Below are positions 33,000 to 43,140 of a DNA stretch of 64,000 nucleotides, piece after piece (the first letter of the stretch is position 1; every line of letters begins with the position of its first letter). The stretch covers positions 32,001 to 96,000 of the forward strand of contig CAVYSE010000005.1 in assembly GCA_963771075.1 (NCBI GenBank), in the 5' to 3' direction. The stretch is from a candidate division FCPU426 bacterium (GTDB lineage: Bacteria > Oederibacteriota > Muellerivitia > Muellerivitales > Muellerivitaceae). The notes below the pieces were generated by a model. That model was not told where the DNA came from. It worked only from the letters and a program-made list of their open reading frames with translations, and did no database searches. Made by a program: the position numbers and the translations under genes.

Positions 33000-33704
33000 A
33001 TGGTTCTGTCCCTCATCGGTGGGTTTTTCCCGCTCTGGGCGGAAAAGGGCGAATTGGCCTCTTCCCCTACCAATTATGAGATGGTGGAGGCGCCGACCGC
33101 CTACGTGCTCATGCACGGCGGTTACGACATCGTCACCCGCGTCTACGACAATGGCGGGGTCTACGTGCGCGGCAACCTGGGTTTCAAGGATGTCTTCATG
33201 GTGGGATTTTCCTTGAACGGGGCCAATGTCATCGGCAACGGGGAAATCCAGGTGCAAATGCCTGAACTGGCCCTGAAGTTCAAGGCCCTCGACGAGAAAT
33301 CCGCCCCCTTTTCCCTCGCGGTGGCATGGGATAACCGGGGCTACGGGACGGAGAATAACGGGATCTTTTCCCCGGGCACCCAAAAGGGTTTTTATCTCGC
33401 TTGCAGCCGGGAATTCCCCGAGGCGGGTTATCTCCAGGCCCATTGGGGCCTGAATGTGGTCACCTTCAACCAGTTCGACTCCAGCCGGGATTTGGGGGCT
33501 TTTTTCGGAACCTCCTTCGCCGTTTGCCCCACCCTCATGTTCAACCTGGAGATGGATAAAATCTTGAACGATGACTGGCAATTCAACGGAAATTTCCTAT
33601 TTAATGTGGATAAGCCCTTGCGCGTGGGAATCGATTTCCGGGATATCAACCGGGGGGATCTCTTTTCCCGCATCATCCGAATTCAATACACCGGGTTTTT
33701 CTGA
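33000..33704 (+). CDS. Putative outer-membrane beta-barrel protein (YjbH-like)
   Basis: PTAYVL..G N-terminal motif, alternating beta pattern, C-terminal Phe; start uncertain. Confidence 0.6.
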   Translation: MVLSLIGGFFPLWAEKGELASSPTNYEMVEAPTAYVLMHGGYDIVTRVYDNGGVYVRGNLGFKDVFMVGFSLNGANVIGNGEIQVQMPELALKFKALDEKSAPFSLAVAWDNRGYGTENNGIFSPGTQKGFYLACSREFPEAGYLQAHWGLNVVTFNQFDSSRDLGAFFGTSFAVCPTLMFNLEMDKILNDDWQFNGNFLFNVDKPLRVGIDFRDINRGDLFSRIIRIQYTGFF

Positions 33705-33730
33705 TCCTTCCCCGCGGCCAAAGGCGCTCC

Positions 33731-34268
33731 ATGAAAAAAATGATCCTGTTGTCCCTTTTGACGGTGTTCTTTGCCCTCGCGGGTTGCGGTTTCTCCCCCT
33801 CGATTGAGGTGATCCCGCCGGGAAGCCGGGAGAGGGCGCGGGAGTTCAAGGTGCAGGCGCTTCATAACTGGCACCCCGGTCTCCAGCTGGCGGAGTCTGA
33901 AAGGAAAGGTGGTCCTCCTGGTTTTCTGGGCCACCTGGTGCGGGCCCTGCCGTATGGAGATGCCGGAACTCATCCAGCTTTATGACAAGTACCACGCCCA
34001 AGGACTGGAGGTCCTCGGCCTTTCCACCGAGGTGCAGGACATGCGGCCCCAGGGTTATTTCAACGATTTCATCTCCAAAATGGGCGTCGATTATCCCATG
34101 GCGCTAGCCGGTACGGAAACGATCGCGGATTACGGAATCCAGGGGATTCCCGCGGTCTTCTTCATCGACAAAAAGGGAAAGGTCGCCCTCTCCTTCGTAG
34201 GGGTCCATCCGAAAGAGGATTTCATCTCGGTCATCGATCAGCTTTTGAAAGAGACGCCGGACCGCTGA
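33731..34268 (+). CDS. TlpA-family thiol-disulfide oxidoreductase lipoprotein (frameshift near 33895)
   Basis: Lipobox LAGC in the first frame; FWATWCGPCRMEMP and GIP in the second. Confidence 0.82.
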
Positions 34269-34320
34269 ACACCCCGCCCTTTTGGGGTATAATTCAATAA
34301 CAGAAGGTTTGGAGGGCCCC

Positions 34321-34755
34321 ATGCCCGAAACCCAGGATAACGAGATTCGCGAGGGTTTTTTGAACCTGTACCGCGATCTTTTCAACCACGTGCCCTATTT
34401 GGAAACGGTCATCGAGCGTCTCCTGCACGACCAGCCCGTGGACCGGGCGATGTTGGAAAATCATTTGGCCCAAATGATCGCCTCGCTGGCGATGGCCCAA
34501 AAAAAGCTCACCCTCCCGCGTGGAACCCGGGCCGCGAAAAAAGGGAAGCCGGATTATTTCCGCAAGGAAATGCAGAAAGTTTCCAAGATTATCAAGGGCC
34601 AATTGGCCGTGCTTTTGAAAACCTCCTTCCTGGTGGATACCCGGGAAGCGGAGGAGGATTACCTGCAAACGCTCAGCGATGTCACGGACAATATCGCGGG
34701 CGCCTTTCAGCATGTGGTCCGTTCCAACGTGCTCATGCCGGTGATGCTTAATTAA
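34321..34755 (+). CDS. Hypothetical helical protein
   Basis: RBS GGAGGG; in line with fur. Confidence 0.65.
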   Translation: MPETQDNEIREGFLNLYRDLFNHVPYLETVIERLLHDQPVDRAMLENHLAQMIASLAMAQKKLTLPRGTRAAKKGKPDYFRKEMQKVSKIIKGQLAVLLKTSFLVDTREAEEDYLQTLSDVTDNIAGAFQHVVRSNVLMPVMLN

Positions 34756-34771
34756 ACAGGCTTTTCCAACC

Positions 34772-35260
34772 ATGAAACGAACGACAAAAAGGGGAACGAT
34801 CGCGATGGATTCGGTCAAGGAACGCCGCGCCGAGATGGACGCCTTCAGCCATTATCTCCGGGAAAAGGCGTTGAAACTGACGCCCCAGAGGTCGATGATC
34901 CTGACCACCCTGCTGGACCATCCGGGCCACATTTCGGCCGAGGAGTTGTTCCAAAGGGCCCGCGAGAAACAGCCGAACGTGGGGTTCGCCACCGTCTACC
35001 GCACGCTCAAGCACCTGACCCTTTGCGGCCTGGCCCGGGAGCTGGATTTCGGGGAGGGCCGGGTCAAATATGAGACCGAATTCAACCGCCAGCACCACGA
35101 CCACATGATTTGCACCTCCTGCGGGGTTTATATCGAGTTTTTGAATCCCCAGATCGAGGAACTGCAGGAGCAGGTGAGCCGCAAGCACGGGTTTAAGATT
35201 ACCTCCCACCGCATGCAGCTTTATGGGCTTTGCCAGAAGTGCCAGAAAACGAATAAATAA
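34772..35260 (+). CDS. fur: Fur-family transcriptional regulator
   Basis: TPQR, ATVYRTL, HHDHMICTSCG, C-terminal CxxC. Confidence 0.92.
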   Translation: MKRTTKRGTIAMDSVKERRAEMDAFSHYLREKALKLTPQRSMILTTLLDHPGHISAEELFQRAREKQPNVGFATVYRTLKHLTLCGLARELDFGEGRVKYETEFNRQHHDHMICTSCGVYIEFLNPQIEELQEQVSRKHGFKITSHRMQLYGLCQKCQKTNK

Positions 35261-35292
35261 AACTCATTTCATTCCAAGTTGAGGAGACAACC

Positions 35293-35772
35293 ATGGTGGA
35301 TTTCCTTGTATCCCGCGCCACGCGCGACCGGCTTCAGGAGGAATTCAAGGGCCTTAAAACCGTGCGGCGGCCCCAGGTGGCCAGGGCGCTCGAGGAGGCC
35401 CGGGCCCATGGCGACCTGAAGGAAAACGCCGAGTATGACGCGGCCAAGCAGGAACAAAGCCTCCTGGAGGCCCGGATCCGGGAACTGGAGGACAAGCTTT
35501 CCCGCACCCGACTGCTGGAGGATGAGAACATCACCGGCGAGCATGTTTCCATCGGAACCTCGGTCACGGTGAAAGACCTCAAGAGCGGGTCCCAGGAGAT
35601 CTACCGCCTGGTGGGCGAGGAAGAGGCGGACATTCCCAACAACAAGATCTCCATCCGCACCCCCATCGCCCGGGGCATGATCGGCAAGAAGGTCGGGGAG
35701 AAGGTGGATATCCAGGTCCCGGCCGGTCTACTGAAATACGAGATCCTCAAGATAGACATTTCCTTCGATTAA
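35293..35772 (+). CDS. greA: Transcription elongation factor GreA
   Basis: ARAHGDLKENAEYDAAK, ISIRTPIAR, VPAG. Confidence 0.95.
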   Translation: MVDFLVSRATRDRLQEEFKGLKTVRRPQVARALEEARAHGDLKENAEYDAAKQEQSLLEARIRELEDKLSRTRLLEDENITGEHVSIGTSVTVKDLKSGSQEIYRLVGEEEADIPNNKISIRTPIARGMIGKKVGEKVDIQVPAGLLKYEILKIDISFD

Positions 35773-35865
35773 TTGGCAGGCTCTCCTAATTAAAAGAAGG
35801 GGGCGGGTTTACCCCGTCTTGACTTTAAAAAGGGGAGGCCGTTAAACTTCACGCACAATTGAATA

Positions 35866-35997
35866 CTCTTATCAAGAGTGGCGGAGGGACAGGCCCTGCG
35901 ATGCCACGGCAACCGATGCCCGGGTGAAAACCCGGGGATGCCAGGTGCCAATTCCTGCTTCGGTGCGATTTCCTATGAAACCGGGCGAAGATGAGAG
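35866..35997 (+). ncRNA. SAM-I (S-box) riboswitch
   Basis: CTCTTATCAAGAG...GAGGGACAGGCCC..GATGCC.CGGCAACC...GGTGCCAATTCC...GATGAGAG consensus elements. Confidence 0.92.
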
Positions 35998-36013
35998 ATG
36001 GAAAACCAGACGC

Positions 36014-36057
36014 AAAAAGGCTTCCATCTCACGGATGGAGGCCTTTTTTATTTTTTC
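36014..36057 (+). terminator. Riboswitch-coupled intrinsic terminator
   Basis: AAAAAGGCTTCCATC-TCAC-GGATGGAGGCCTTTTTT; its CCATCTC can alternatively pair with GAGATGG at the aptamer 3' end. Confidence 0.85.
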
Positions 36058-36290
36058 ACGAATGATTCGCAACCCCGAGTCCAAACCGGGGACGGGGAGT
36101 CCAAGAGTCCCTGCCCTTCATGGACACATTTAGAACTTTTTTGAGGAGAGATGGGCAAGCCAATTTCTCGTTTAAAGATTAATAACGAAAAATGGCTGCC
36201 CTGCATGGATGCATTTAGAACTAATGATGGAAATGGCCGGGGTGAAAGGTTCGAGTTTTTTAGCTGTTGAAGATAAATGGGGGAGAAACC

Positions 36291-37527
36291 ATGACCTACG
36301 TGAAGTCCTTAAAATGCCGTGAATGCGGGCAGGAATACGAAAAGACCGCGAAGTATGTCTGCGAGTTTTGCTTCGGCCCCCTGGAAGCGGCCTACGATTA
36401 CGACGGGATCAAGAAGGACTATTTCTCGCGAGAAGATCATCTCCCGCCCCACGAACATCTGGCGTTACCGTGAGTTCTTGCCCGTCGAGGGCGAGGTCTT
36501 CAACACCCTGGGCGAGGGCTATACGCCCCTCCTGAAGGCCGAAAGGCTGGGCCGGGAACTGGGCCTCTCCAACCTCTATCTCAAAAATGATTGCGCCAAT
36601 CCCACCCATTCGTTCAAGGATCGGGTGGTCGCGGTGGCATCCACCCGGGCCCTGGAATTGGGTTTTGACACCCTGGCCTGCGCCTCCACCGGCAACCTGG
36701 CCAACGCCGTGGCCGCCTACGGCGCCCGGGGCGGCATGAAGCGATTCGTGTTCATCCCCTCGAACCTGGAAAAAGGCAAGGTCATCGGGGCCCTGGTCTA
36801 TGACCCCAACCTGATCGGTGTGAACGGCAATTACGATGACGTCAACCGGCTATGTAGCGAGATCGCGGGAAAGTACAAATGGGCCTTCGTGAACATCAAC
36901 ATGAGGCCCTATTACGCGGAAGGTTCCAAGACGCTGGGCTATGAGACCTGCGAGCAGTTGGGATGGAAGGCGCCGGACCAGGTGGTGGTGCCGGTCGCGT
37001 CGGGGTCGCTCTTGACCAAGATCTGGAAGGGAACCCAGGAATTCGTCAAGACCGGTTTGATTTCTTCGGCCAGGATGAGGGTCTTCGGCGCGCAGGCGGA
37101 AGGTTGCTCGCCCGTGGCCACGGCCTTCAAGAACAAGACGGACACCTTCAAGCCCGTTAAACCCAACACCATCGCCAAATCGCTCGCCATCGGCAACCCC
37201 GCCGACGGTTATTACGCCTTGAAAACCATCGCCGAATCCAACGGGGCGGCCGAAATGGCTTCCGACCCGGAGATCATCGAGGGCATCAAGCTTTTGGCGC
37301 GTACCGAAGGCATCTTCGCCGAGACGGCGGGGGGAGTCACCATCGCCTGCCTGAAAAAACTGGCCGCCTCCGGCCAGTTGGACCCGGACGCCTTGACCGT
37401 GGCCTATATTACGGGAACGGGGCTCAAGACCCAGGAAGCGGTGGCGGAACATTTGGGCGAAGTGAAGGTGATCCAGCCCAACCTGGAAGCTTTCGAGGCC
37501 ACCCTGCGGGTTCCCGCCGGCGTTTAA
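36291..37527 (+). CDS. Second threonine synthase-like PLP enzyme with N-terminal Zn ribbon (frameshift near 36415-36420)
   Basis: CRECG...CEFCFGPL in the first frame; NPTHSFKDR, CASTGNL, EGSKT, TGTGLKT in the second. Confidence 0.85.
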
Positions 37528-37552
37528 AGCCACCGGTTTGAAATACCCGGTC

Positions 37553-38416
37553 CTAAAAAGCCGCCAGTTCCAATCCGCAATCGTTGCATTTGCCCTTTTC
37601 CAGGCTGTACTCCACCTCGCACCTCGGGCAATAGCTTTTCTGGGTAGGTTGGGAGGGTCGGGGGGTGGGTAGGCTCGCCTGGTAGTTCAAACCCTCCTGA
37701 ACCAGCCAAAATCGCAATAGCCTCAATTCTGCCCGAGGGTCCTTGGCCAATAAAACCGGGCTGTCCTTGGGCGCCTGCGGGTGGATGGCGGGGTATTTCA
37801 ACTCCAGCATCCAACGGCGGTAAAAACGGTTGCGTTCCTCCTCCCCCAATAAAACCATGGCCACCGCGAAGGGGTGATAGGGCGAAAAAAGCTTTTCCCC
37901 CAGCAGGTCCATGGCACGGGAGGACTGCCAGGGCGAAAAGAGGCAAAGAAGCAGGTTTTTCCAACGACTGCCCGGGTCGTCCGGGAAAAGTTCCCGATGG
38001 GCCTGGTCGAAAAAAAAGATCAAGGAAAAATGCAGGCCCAAGAAAAGGGCCATCAGAAAAAGCCATATCAGCCAGGTCCCCCACCCGAGCTCATAAAACA
38101 GGATGGCCGTCACAACGATTGTCAGCATGGCTTGGGAAAGCGTTCGAAGCCTTTTCGCTTTTTGGCCATAGGTATTCCACAGGTCTCGGGCTTCCTCCCA
38201 ATGAAGGCTGGTGGGAGGGAGTGGGCTCCCGGGGGTTGGAAAACGGTAGGCGTAACCCAGGGAAATAGGATTTCGGAAACCCAGCAGAGGACCCCGGCTC
38301 AATGAAAACCGGTTCCACCAGGAAAGCATCAGCCATCCTCCGGGGGGAACCAGGATCAGGCATTCAATCAGGTAAAGGGCAACGATGAAAAAAAGGTATA
38401 GGTTGAAGTGGATCAA
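37553..38416 (-). CDS. Hypothetical membrane protein with C-terminal CxxC..CxxC
   Basis: TM segments; YCPRC...CNDCG. Confidence 0.65.
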   Translation of the reverse strand: MIHFNLYLFFIVALYLIECLILVPPGGWLMLSWWNRFSLSRGPLLGFRNPISLGYAYRFPTPGSPLPPTSLHWEEARDLWNTYGQKAKRLRTLSQAMLTIVVTAILFYELGWGTWLIWLFLMALFLGLHFSLIFFFDQAHRELFPDDPGSRWKNLLLCLFSPWQSSRAMDLLGEKLFSPYHPFAVAMVLLGEEERNRFYRRWMLELKYPAIHPQAPKDSPVLLAKDPRAELRLLRFWLVQEGLNYQASLPTPRPSQPTQKSYCPRCEVEYSLEKGKCNDCGLELAAF

Positions 38417-38501
38417 GGAAAGCCTTTAAAACGCATCATGACCGCGGAGGCGCGGAAACACGGATGAAAGAATCTGGGATTTAAGACTTTCAAGGCTTTT
38501 T

Positions 38502-39395
38502 TTATTTGATCACCGTCGGGGGTTGGTCGGAGTCGTCCTTTTCCCCGGAGATGGGACCTTTTTTTTGGCCCCCGCCAAAGAGTTTCTTGAAGAAGGCGCC
38601 GATGCCCGCCACGAGGGCCACGATCAAGGCCTTGGCCTTGGCCAGGAGCACCAGGATCATCCCCCCCAGTTTTCCCAAAAGGCCCGTCTTGGCCGCGAGG
38701 GCGCCGCCCCCGCCCAATACCAGGGCCGCCAGGCCGATCTCAGCCACCTTGTCGCCGGTCGTCCATTCGGCGTATTTGTTGCCGGCCGTGAAATCGAAGC
38801 TTTTCACGTCCTCGTTGAACCGGGCCATCACCGCGTCCATGTTGGCGTTGGGCACCAGGGTCACCACCATCACGCCCTTGCGGCCCAGAAACTTAGTGTG
38901 GTAATTGATGAATTGGCCGGATTTATCCTTCAAAATTTCGCCCCACTCCAAGCGGTGGGTTTCGGGGTTGTATTGGGGTTTTAACTGCCAGTCCACGAGT
39001 TCCATGGTGTCCCAGCCCTTGTCCGTCCTTTCCTTGTTCGCGTCCTCGTTGTTTTTCACCATGGCGGCCCACATCTTGTCCGCGTCCAGCTTTTCCTTGT
39101 CGGCGTCCTTGACGTAGCCTACGTCATCGAAGCTGAAGAGGGCCATGTATCCGTCGCCCTTGTCCTTCCGGATCAACACGCCCAGGTCCCTGTCTGAATA
39201 GAAATTATGGGTCTTGTCCATGAATTCCTTCAGGTCCTTTTGCTGGATGAAGTAATAGCCCTCGGGCACCTGGACTTGGCCAATCTCGCCCAATTTACCC
39301 ATGGCGGGGCCCTTGACGGGCTGGATCTCGGCCAGCAGGGGGGCGGACCAAAGGAATATCAGGCTGAGGACGACGAAATTTGTTTTGGAGATCAT
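38502..39395 (-). CDS. DUF2167-family membrane-anchored protein
   Basis: Signal peptide, GYVKD, LGRKGV, GNKYAEW..GDKVAEIGL.ALV.G, AKTGLL. Confidence 0.85.
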   Translation of the reverse strand: MISKTNFVVLSLIFLWSAPLLAEIQPVKGPAMGKLGEIGQVQVPEGYYFIQQKDLKEFMDKTHNFYSDRDLGVLIRKDKGDGYMALFSFDDVGYVKDADKEKLDADKMWAAMVKNNEDANKERTDKGWDTMELVDWQLKPQYNPETHRLEWGEILKDKSGQFINYHTKFLGRKGVMVVTLVPNANMDAVMARFNEDVKSFDFTAGNKYAEWTTGDKVAEIGLAALVLGGGGALAAKTGLLGKLGGMILVLLAKAKALIVALVAGIGAFFKKLFGGGQKKGPISGEKDDSDQPPTVIK

Positions 39396-39571
39396 TGGAT
39401 TCCTTCCCAGGGTTTTAAACGCAACGGGCCATAGTATAAGAGAAAGAGGTCCGAAAAGGGCCTGTCTTGGGGCCTGTGAGGGATAACGGGTAGGTTAAAT
39501 TTAATTGATTTGCCCCATGTTCCGTGGTTGTTTAATAGGCGCGTTGAAACAACTTCGTCACGGGAGATCCC

Positions 39572-40393
39572 ATGGAAAGTCTGCCGAAAATAGCCCAGCT
39601 TCTCGCGGAAATCAAAAACAAAAAGCCCCTGGTACACCACCTTACCAATTATGTCACGGTCAACGATTGCGCCAACATCGTGCTGGCCCTGGGCGCCTCG
39701 CCGGTCATGGCGGACGACGAGGGGGAGGTGGCCCAGATGGTGGGGCTGGCCTCGGCCCTGGTCTTGAACATCGGCACGCTCAATGACCGGACCATCCGGT
39801 CCATGCTGGTGGCGGGCAAAAAAGCCAATGAGAAAGGGATTCCCGTTGTCCTCGACCCGGTGGGCGCGGGGGCCACTAACTTGAGGACCGAGACCGCCGC
39901 CCGATTCCTGAAGGTCATCCAATTGGCGGTGCTTCGGGGCAATATGTCGGAGATTAAGACCCTCAGCGGGGTGGGGGGAGCCACCAAGGGGGTGGATTCG
40001 ACCGCCGATTCCGCCGGAGGGCGGGAGATGGCGGTGGAGATGGCCCGGAAATACAAGTGCGTGGTCGCCATCACGGGTGCGCAGGACATCATTACGGATG
40101 GAACCCGGTTGGCTTTGATCGACAACGGCCACCCCGCCTTGTCCCAGGTGACGGGAACGGGTTGCATGGCCACCTCCCTGGTGGGCTGTTTTTGCGGGGC
40201 GACCAGCGATTATTACCTGGCGGCTTGCGGGGGGATCATGGCCATGGGCCTGGCGGGGGAGTGGGCTCAGGGAGACATGAAACTGGGCCGTGGAATCGGG
40301 ACCTTCCGGGTGAATCTCATGGACGCGATATCCCAAATGACCCCGGAAGATTTCATCAAGGGCGGCAAGATCAGCGAAGGAACAGCCAATTGA
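39572..40393 (+). CDS. thiM: Hydroxyethylthiazole kinase
   Basis: PLVHHLTNYV, GASPVM, NIGTL, LDPVGAGAT, VTGTGC. Confidence 0.95.
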   Translation: MESLPKIAQLLAEIKNKKPLVHHLTNYVTVNDCANIVLALGASPVMADDEGEVAQMVGLASALVLNIGTLNDRTIRSMLVAGKKANEKGIPVVLDPVGAGATNLRTETAARFLKVIQLAVLRGNMSEIKTLSGVGGATKGVDSTADSAGGREMAVEMARKYKCVVAITGAQDIITDGTRLALIDNGHPALSQVTGTGCMATSLVGCFCGATSDYYLAACGGIMAMGLAGEWAQGDMKLGRGIGTFRVNLMDAISQMTPEDFIKGGKISEGTAN

Positions 40394-40603
40394 GGAGCGG
40401 CGCAAACCATGGGAGCAGGTCAGGTATTTACTGGAAAATGAATCGTTTATTCTGGGGAGAGTTATTGACCATGACGGGGACCCGTCGTGGACATGGGAAA
40501 TAACTCGTTTTAACCCCGATTAGGACAGAACTTTTACCCCTCCTGTTTCGTCCTATAATTATCCAGGTGTTTGTAGTCTCGTTTTCGGGAAAGAGGTAAA
40601 GCT

Positions 40604-41419
40604 ATGAAACCAACCCATGGTTTTCCAAGTCTGTTAAAAATGGCTTTAACCTTGGCGGTTGCCTTTTTATTCAGCGGATGCGCGCAAAATCCCATGCCGC
40701 CCCTCTTCAGCCTTTACGGCTACCAGCGCCTGGCCATCATCCCCTTTGACAACAAAACGCAGGACCCGGCCTTGGCCGACGCCCTCCAGGATGAAATGGC
40801 CAGTGAGATCGTGAACCTCAACGCCCTTCCCGTCATTGAGGCGGGGCAGGTGGCGGCCTACCTGAAGTCCATCGGGGCAAAGGCTTCCGACGTGCCTACG
40901 GATCATGGATTGCGGCAACAAATCGCCCAATATTTCAAATGCGACATCTTCTTATTGGGCACAGCCGATGGATATACCGAGTTACTCAAGGATGAGGCGC
41001 CCCAAAGGTCGGACTTGGGGTGGGGCTTTTACACGGACCGCAAGGTGGTCATCACCAACAGCGCCAAGCTGATGGACCCGGCCAGTGGCGGCATCCTCTG
41101 GTTCCGAAACAAGAACTGGGGCGCCAGTTGGCACAACACATGGAACCCCCTTCCCGTTCCGCAAACAGTGGTTCTTCCGGGTCTGTTGGGCCAATTCGTC
41201 GACCTGGCTAACATGGTGTTAAACCGGGTGGACCACAATGTGGATGTTGAGCCTCCCACGGTCGACGAAACCTATTCCGGCAGCCCGATCTACACCCAAA
41301 GCAGGGCTTTTGCCAGGCAACGCCAGAAGGCCATTGTCGCCACGGTGAATTCCCTGGTGGATGACTTCCAGGGCCATTACAACTGGACGCCGGGGTTAAG
41401 GACCAACAACAACCAATAA
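40604..41419 (+). CDS. Putative lipoprotein (CsgG/LptE-like N-terminal pattern)
   Basis: Lipobox FSGC; RLAIIPFDNKT. Confidence 0.7.
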   Translation: MKPTHGFPSLLKMALTLAVAFLFSGCAQNPMPPLFSLYGYQRLAIIPFDNKTQDPALADALQDEMASEIVNLNALPVIEAGQVAAYLKSIGAKASDVPTDHGLRQQIAQYFKCDIFLLGTADGYTELLKDEAPQRSDLGWGFYTDRKVVITNSAKLMDPASGGILWFRNKNWGASWHNTWNPLPVPQTVVLPGLLGQFVDLANMVLNRVDHNVDVEPPTVDETYSGSPIYTQSRAFARQRQKAIVATVNSLVDDFQGHYNWTPGLRTNNNQ

Positions 41420-41556
41420 GGCCGCAAGTGCGGGAAATCCGGTTACCGATTCCCTTCGGAAAACAATGAAAAAATGGTATTGATTTGTCCGGGATGTGAA
41501 GCTGTTTCAAGAATTGGAACAGGGGATTTTAGCGGGACACATTGGAATTCAGAAAT

Positions 41557-42372
41557 ATGAATAAAATCCCACAAACCGTATTGAAAGCATTCAATGTTGA
41601 AGCGGAAACGCAATTGTTGGATGGCGGCCAAGGTGAATCTTTTCGGGCGGGTAACATTGTCCTGAAACCAGCCCTCCTCGAAGCCGAATGGCTTGCCGAA
41701 AACCTTAAAGACTTAAAAGAAGATGGTTTCAGAATCCCAAGGCCCGTTTCAACAAGGGATGGGAAGTGGATCTTTGATCGATGGTGCGCCTGGACTTTTA
41801 TTTATGGCCGGCATGATCCCACGCGTGTGCAAGAGATAGTCCAAACCGCGAAGGTGTTTAATGCTTCGCTCAAGGGGTTTTCCAGGCCGGATTTTCTGGA
41901 TCAACGGCAGGATCCTTGGGCCATAGCGGATCGAATGGCATGGGGTGAGATTCCAATAGCTTGCCACCCCTCCCTTATGGTACCGATCAATAGAATTTCC
42001 GAACTTTTAAAACCGATTGATCTGCCGAGCCAGCTTATCCACTGTGATCTTATCGGCAACGTTCTTTTTGAGGATGAACATGCACCTGGAGTCATTGATT
42101 TTTCCCTTAACTGGCGGCCTCCCGATTATTCCCTCGCCATTATTGTGGTTGACGCAATGAACTGGAATGGCGCTGATGAATCAGTTCTGCGATATATTGG
42201 TGATGTTCCTGATTTTTTTCAGCTTTTGATCAGAGCCCAAATATTCCGCCTGGCTGTTTTGGAAGGATTTCGTCAAAGAGGGGCGGACATATCCCGAGGA
42301 ATAAGAGGAGAAGAAAGAACCGTTGAACTGATATGCGGAAAGCTCAAAGATAAATACCACAAAACTGCTTAA
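41557..42372 (+). CDS. APH-like phosphotransferase-family protein
   Basis: LDGGQG, VLKP, IHCDL.GNVLF, IDFS. Confidence 0.8.
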   Translation: MNKIPQTVLKAFNVEAETQLLDGGQGESFRAGNIVLKPALLEAEWLAENLKDLKEDGFRIPRPVSTRDGKWIFDRWCAWTFIYGRHDPTRVQEIVQTAKVFNASLKGFSRPDFLDQRQDPWAIADRMAWGEIPIACHPSLMVPINRISELLKPIDLPSQLIHCDLIGNVLFEDEHAPGVIDFSLNWRPPDYSLAIIVVDAMNWNGADESVLRYIGDVPDFFQLLIRAQIFRLAVLEGFRQRGADISRGIRGEERTVELICGKLKDKYHKTA

Positions 42373-42453
42373 GTAGGTTGTCCGCGACGGGGACCCATCG
42401 CGAACATCTAATGTGGGTTGGAGTTATACGATGGGCTATCGTATAATTAAGCT

Positions 42454-42669
42454 ATGAAAGTCACCGCGCTATTACCCGATAAACTAGTACGGGAAGTCCA
42501 AGGTTTTGCCAAAGGCAAAAACCTCACGGAATCGCTCGTCAAAGCATTATCGGAATGGAACCAACAACAAAAAATCAGGGATTTGAATCAACTGGTTCTT
42601 GAGCATCCCCTGGGTTTCTCCAAAACTTTTTCCGCCCCTCGCGTTCGAGCCAAAAACAGAAAATCATGA
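42454..42669 (+). CDS. Putative VapB-type antitoxin
   Basis: Small RHH-like protein (MKVTALLPD.LV); overlaps the PIN toxin start. Confidence 0.75.
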   Translation: MKVTALLPDKLVREVQGFAKGKNLTESLVKALSEWNQQQKIRDLNQLVLEHPLGFSKTFSAPRVRAKNRKS

Positions 42670-43040
42670 TCCTTGTCGATACCTCCATTTGGGTGGAGTT
42701 TCTCAAGGGGCATCAACCCTATTTTGATCAAATGAAACAATTGTTGGAGGAACGCCAAGTCCTTGCGGTCGAACCTGTTTTCGGCGAATTGCTCCAAGGA
42801 GCTAAAGATGACCGTGAAAGGCGGATTCTTCAGGGATTTTGGGAAAATCTTCCCAAAAATAAAATACAGGATGCCTGGGTGAAGGCGGGGGAATTATCCT
42901 CCCGAAAAAAATGGAGTGATCGCGGAATCGGATTGATCGACGTGGTCTTGATTATTTCCTCTCGGGATTCAAACGCAAAGATTTGGTCTTTAGATAAGAA
43001 GTTAAATAGCGTATTGCACAAGAATGAGATTTTTGAATAG
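42666..43040 (+). CDS. PIN-domain (VapC-like) toxin
   Basis: ILVDTSIW, ELLQG, GLID, WSLDK. Confidence 0.88.
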   Translation: MILVDTSIWVEFLKGHQPYFDQMKQLLEERQVLAVEPVFGELLQGAKDDRERRILQGFWENLPKNKIQDAWVKAGELSSRKKWSDRGIGLIDVVLIISSRDSNAKIWSLDKKLNSVLHKNEIFE

Positions 43041-43140
43041 CTTTGCTTGTTTACGATGAGGTCCCATCGTGGACATGAAAAATCATGGATAATGGGCTTG
43101 GTCTCCTTGTTCCACTATCCCAGTGAAAGGTAGTAAATAA

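Noticed and set aside
41486..41496. TGTCCGGGATG as another cassette site
   Set aside because: 9/11 match to the left arm only, with no centre or right arm; it may be a relic but is not counted.
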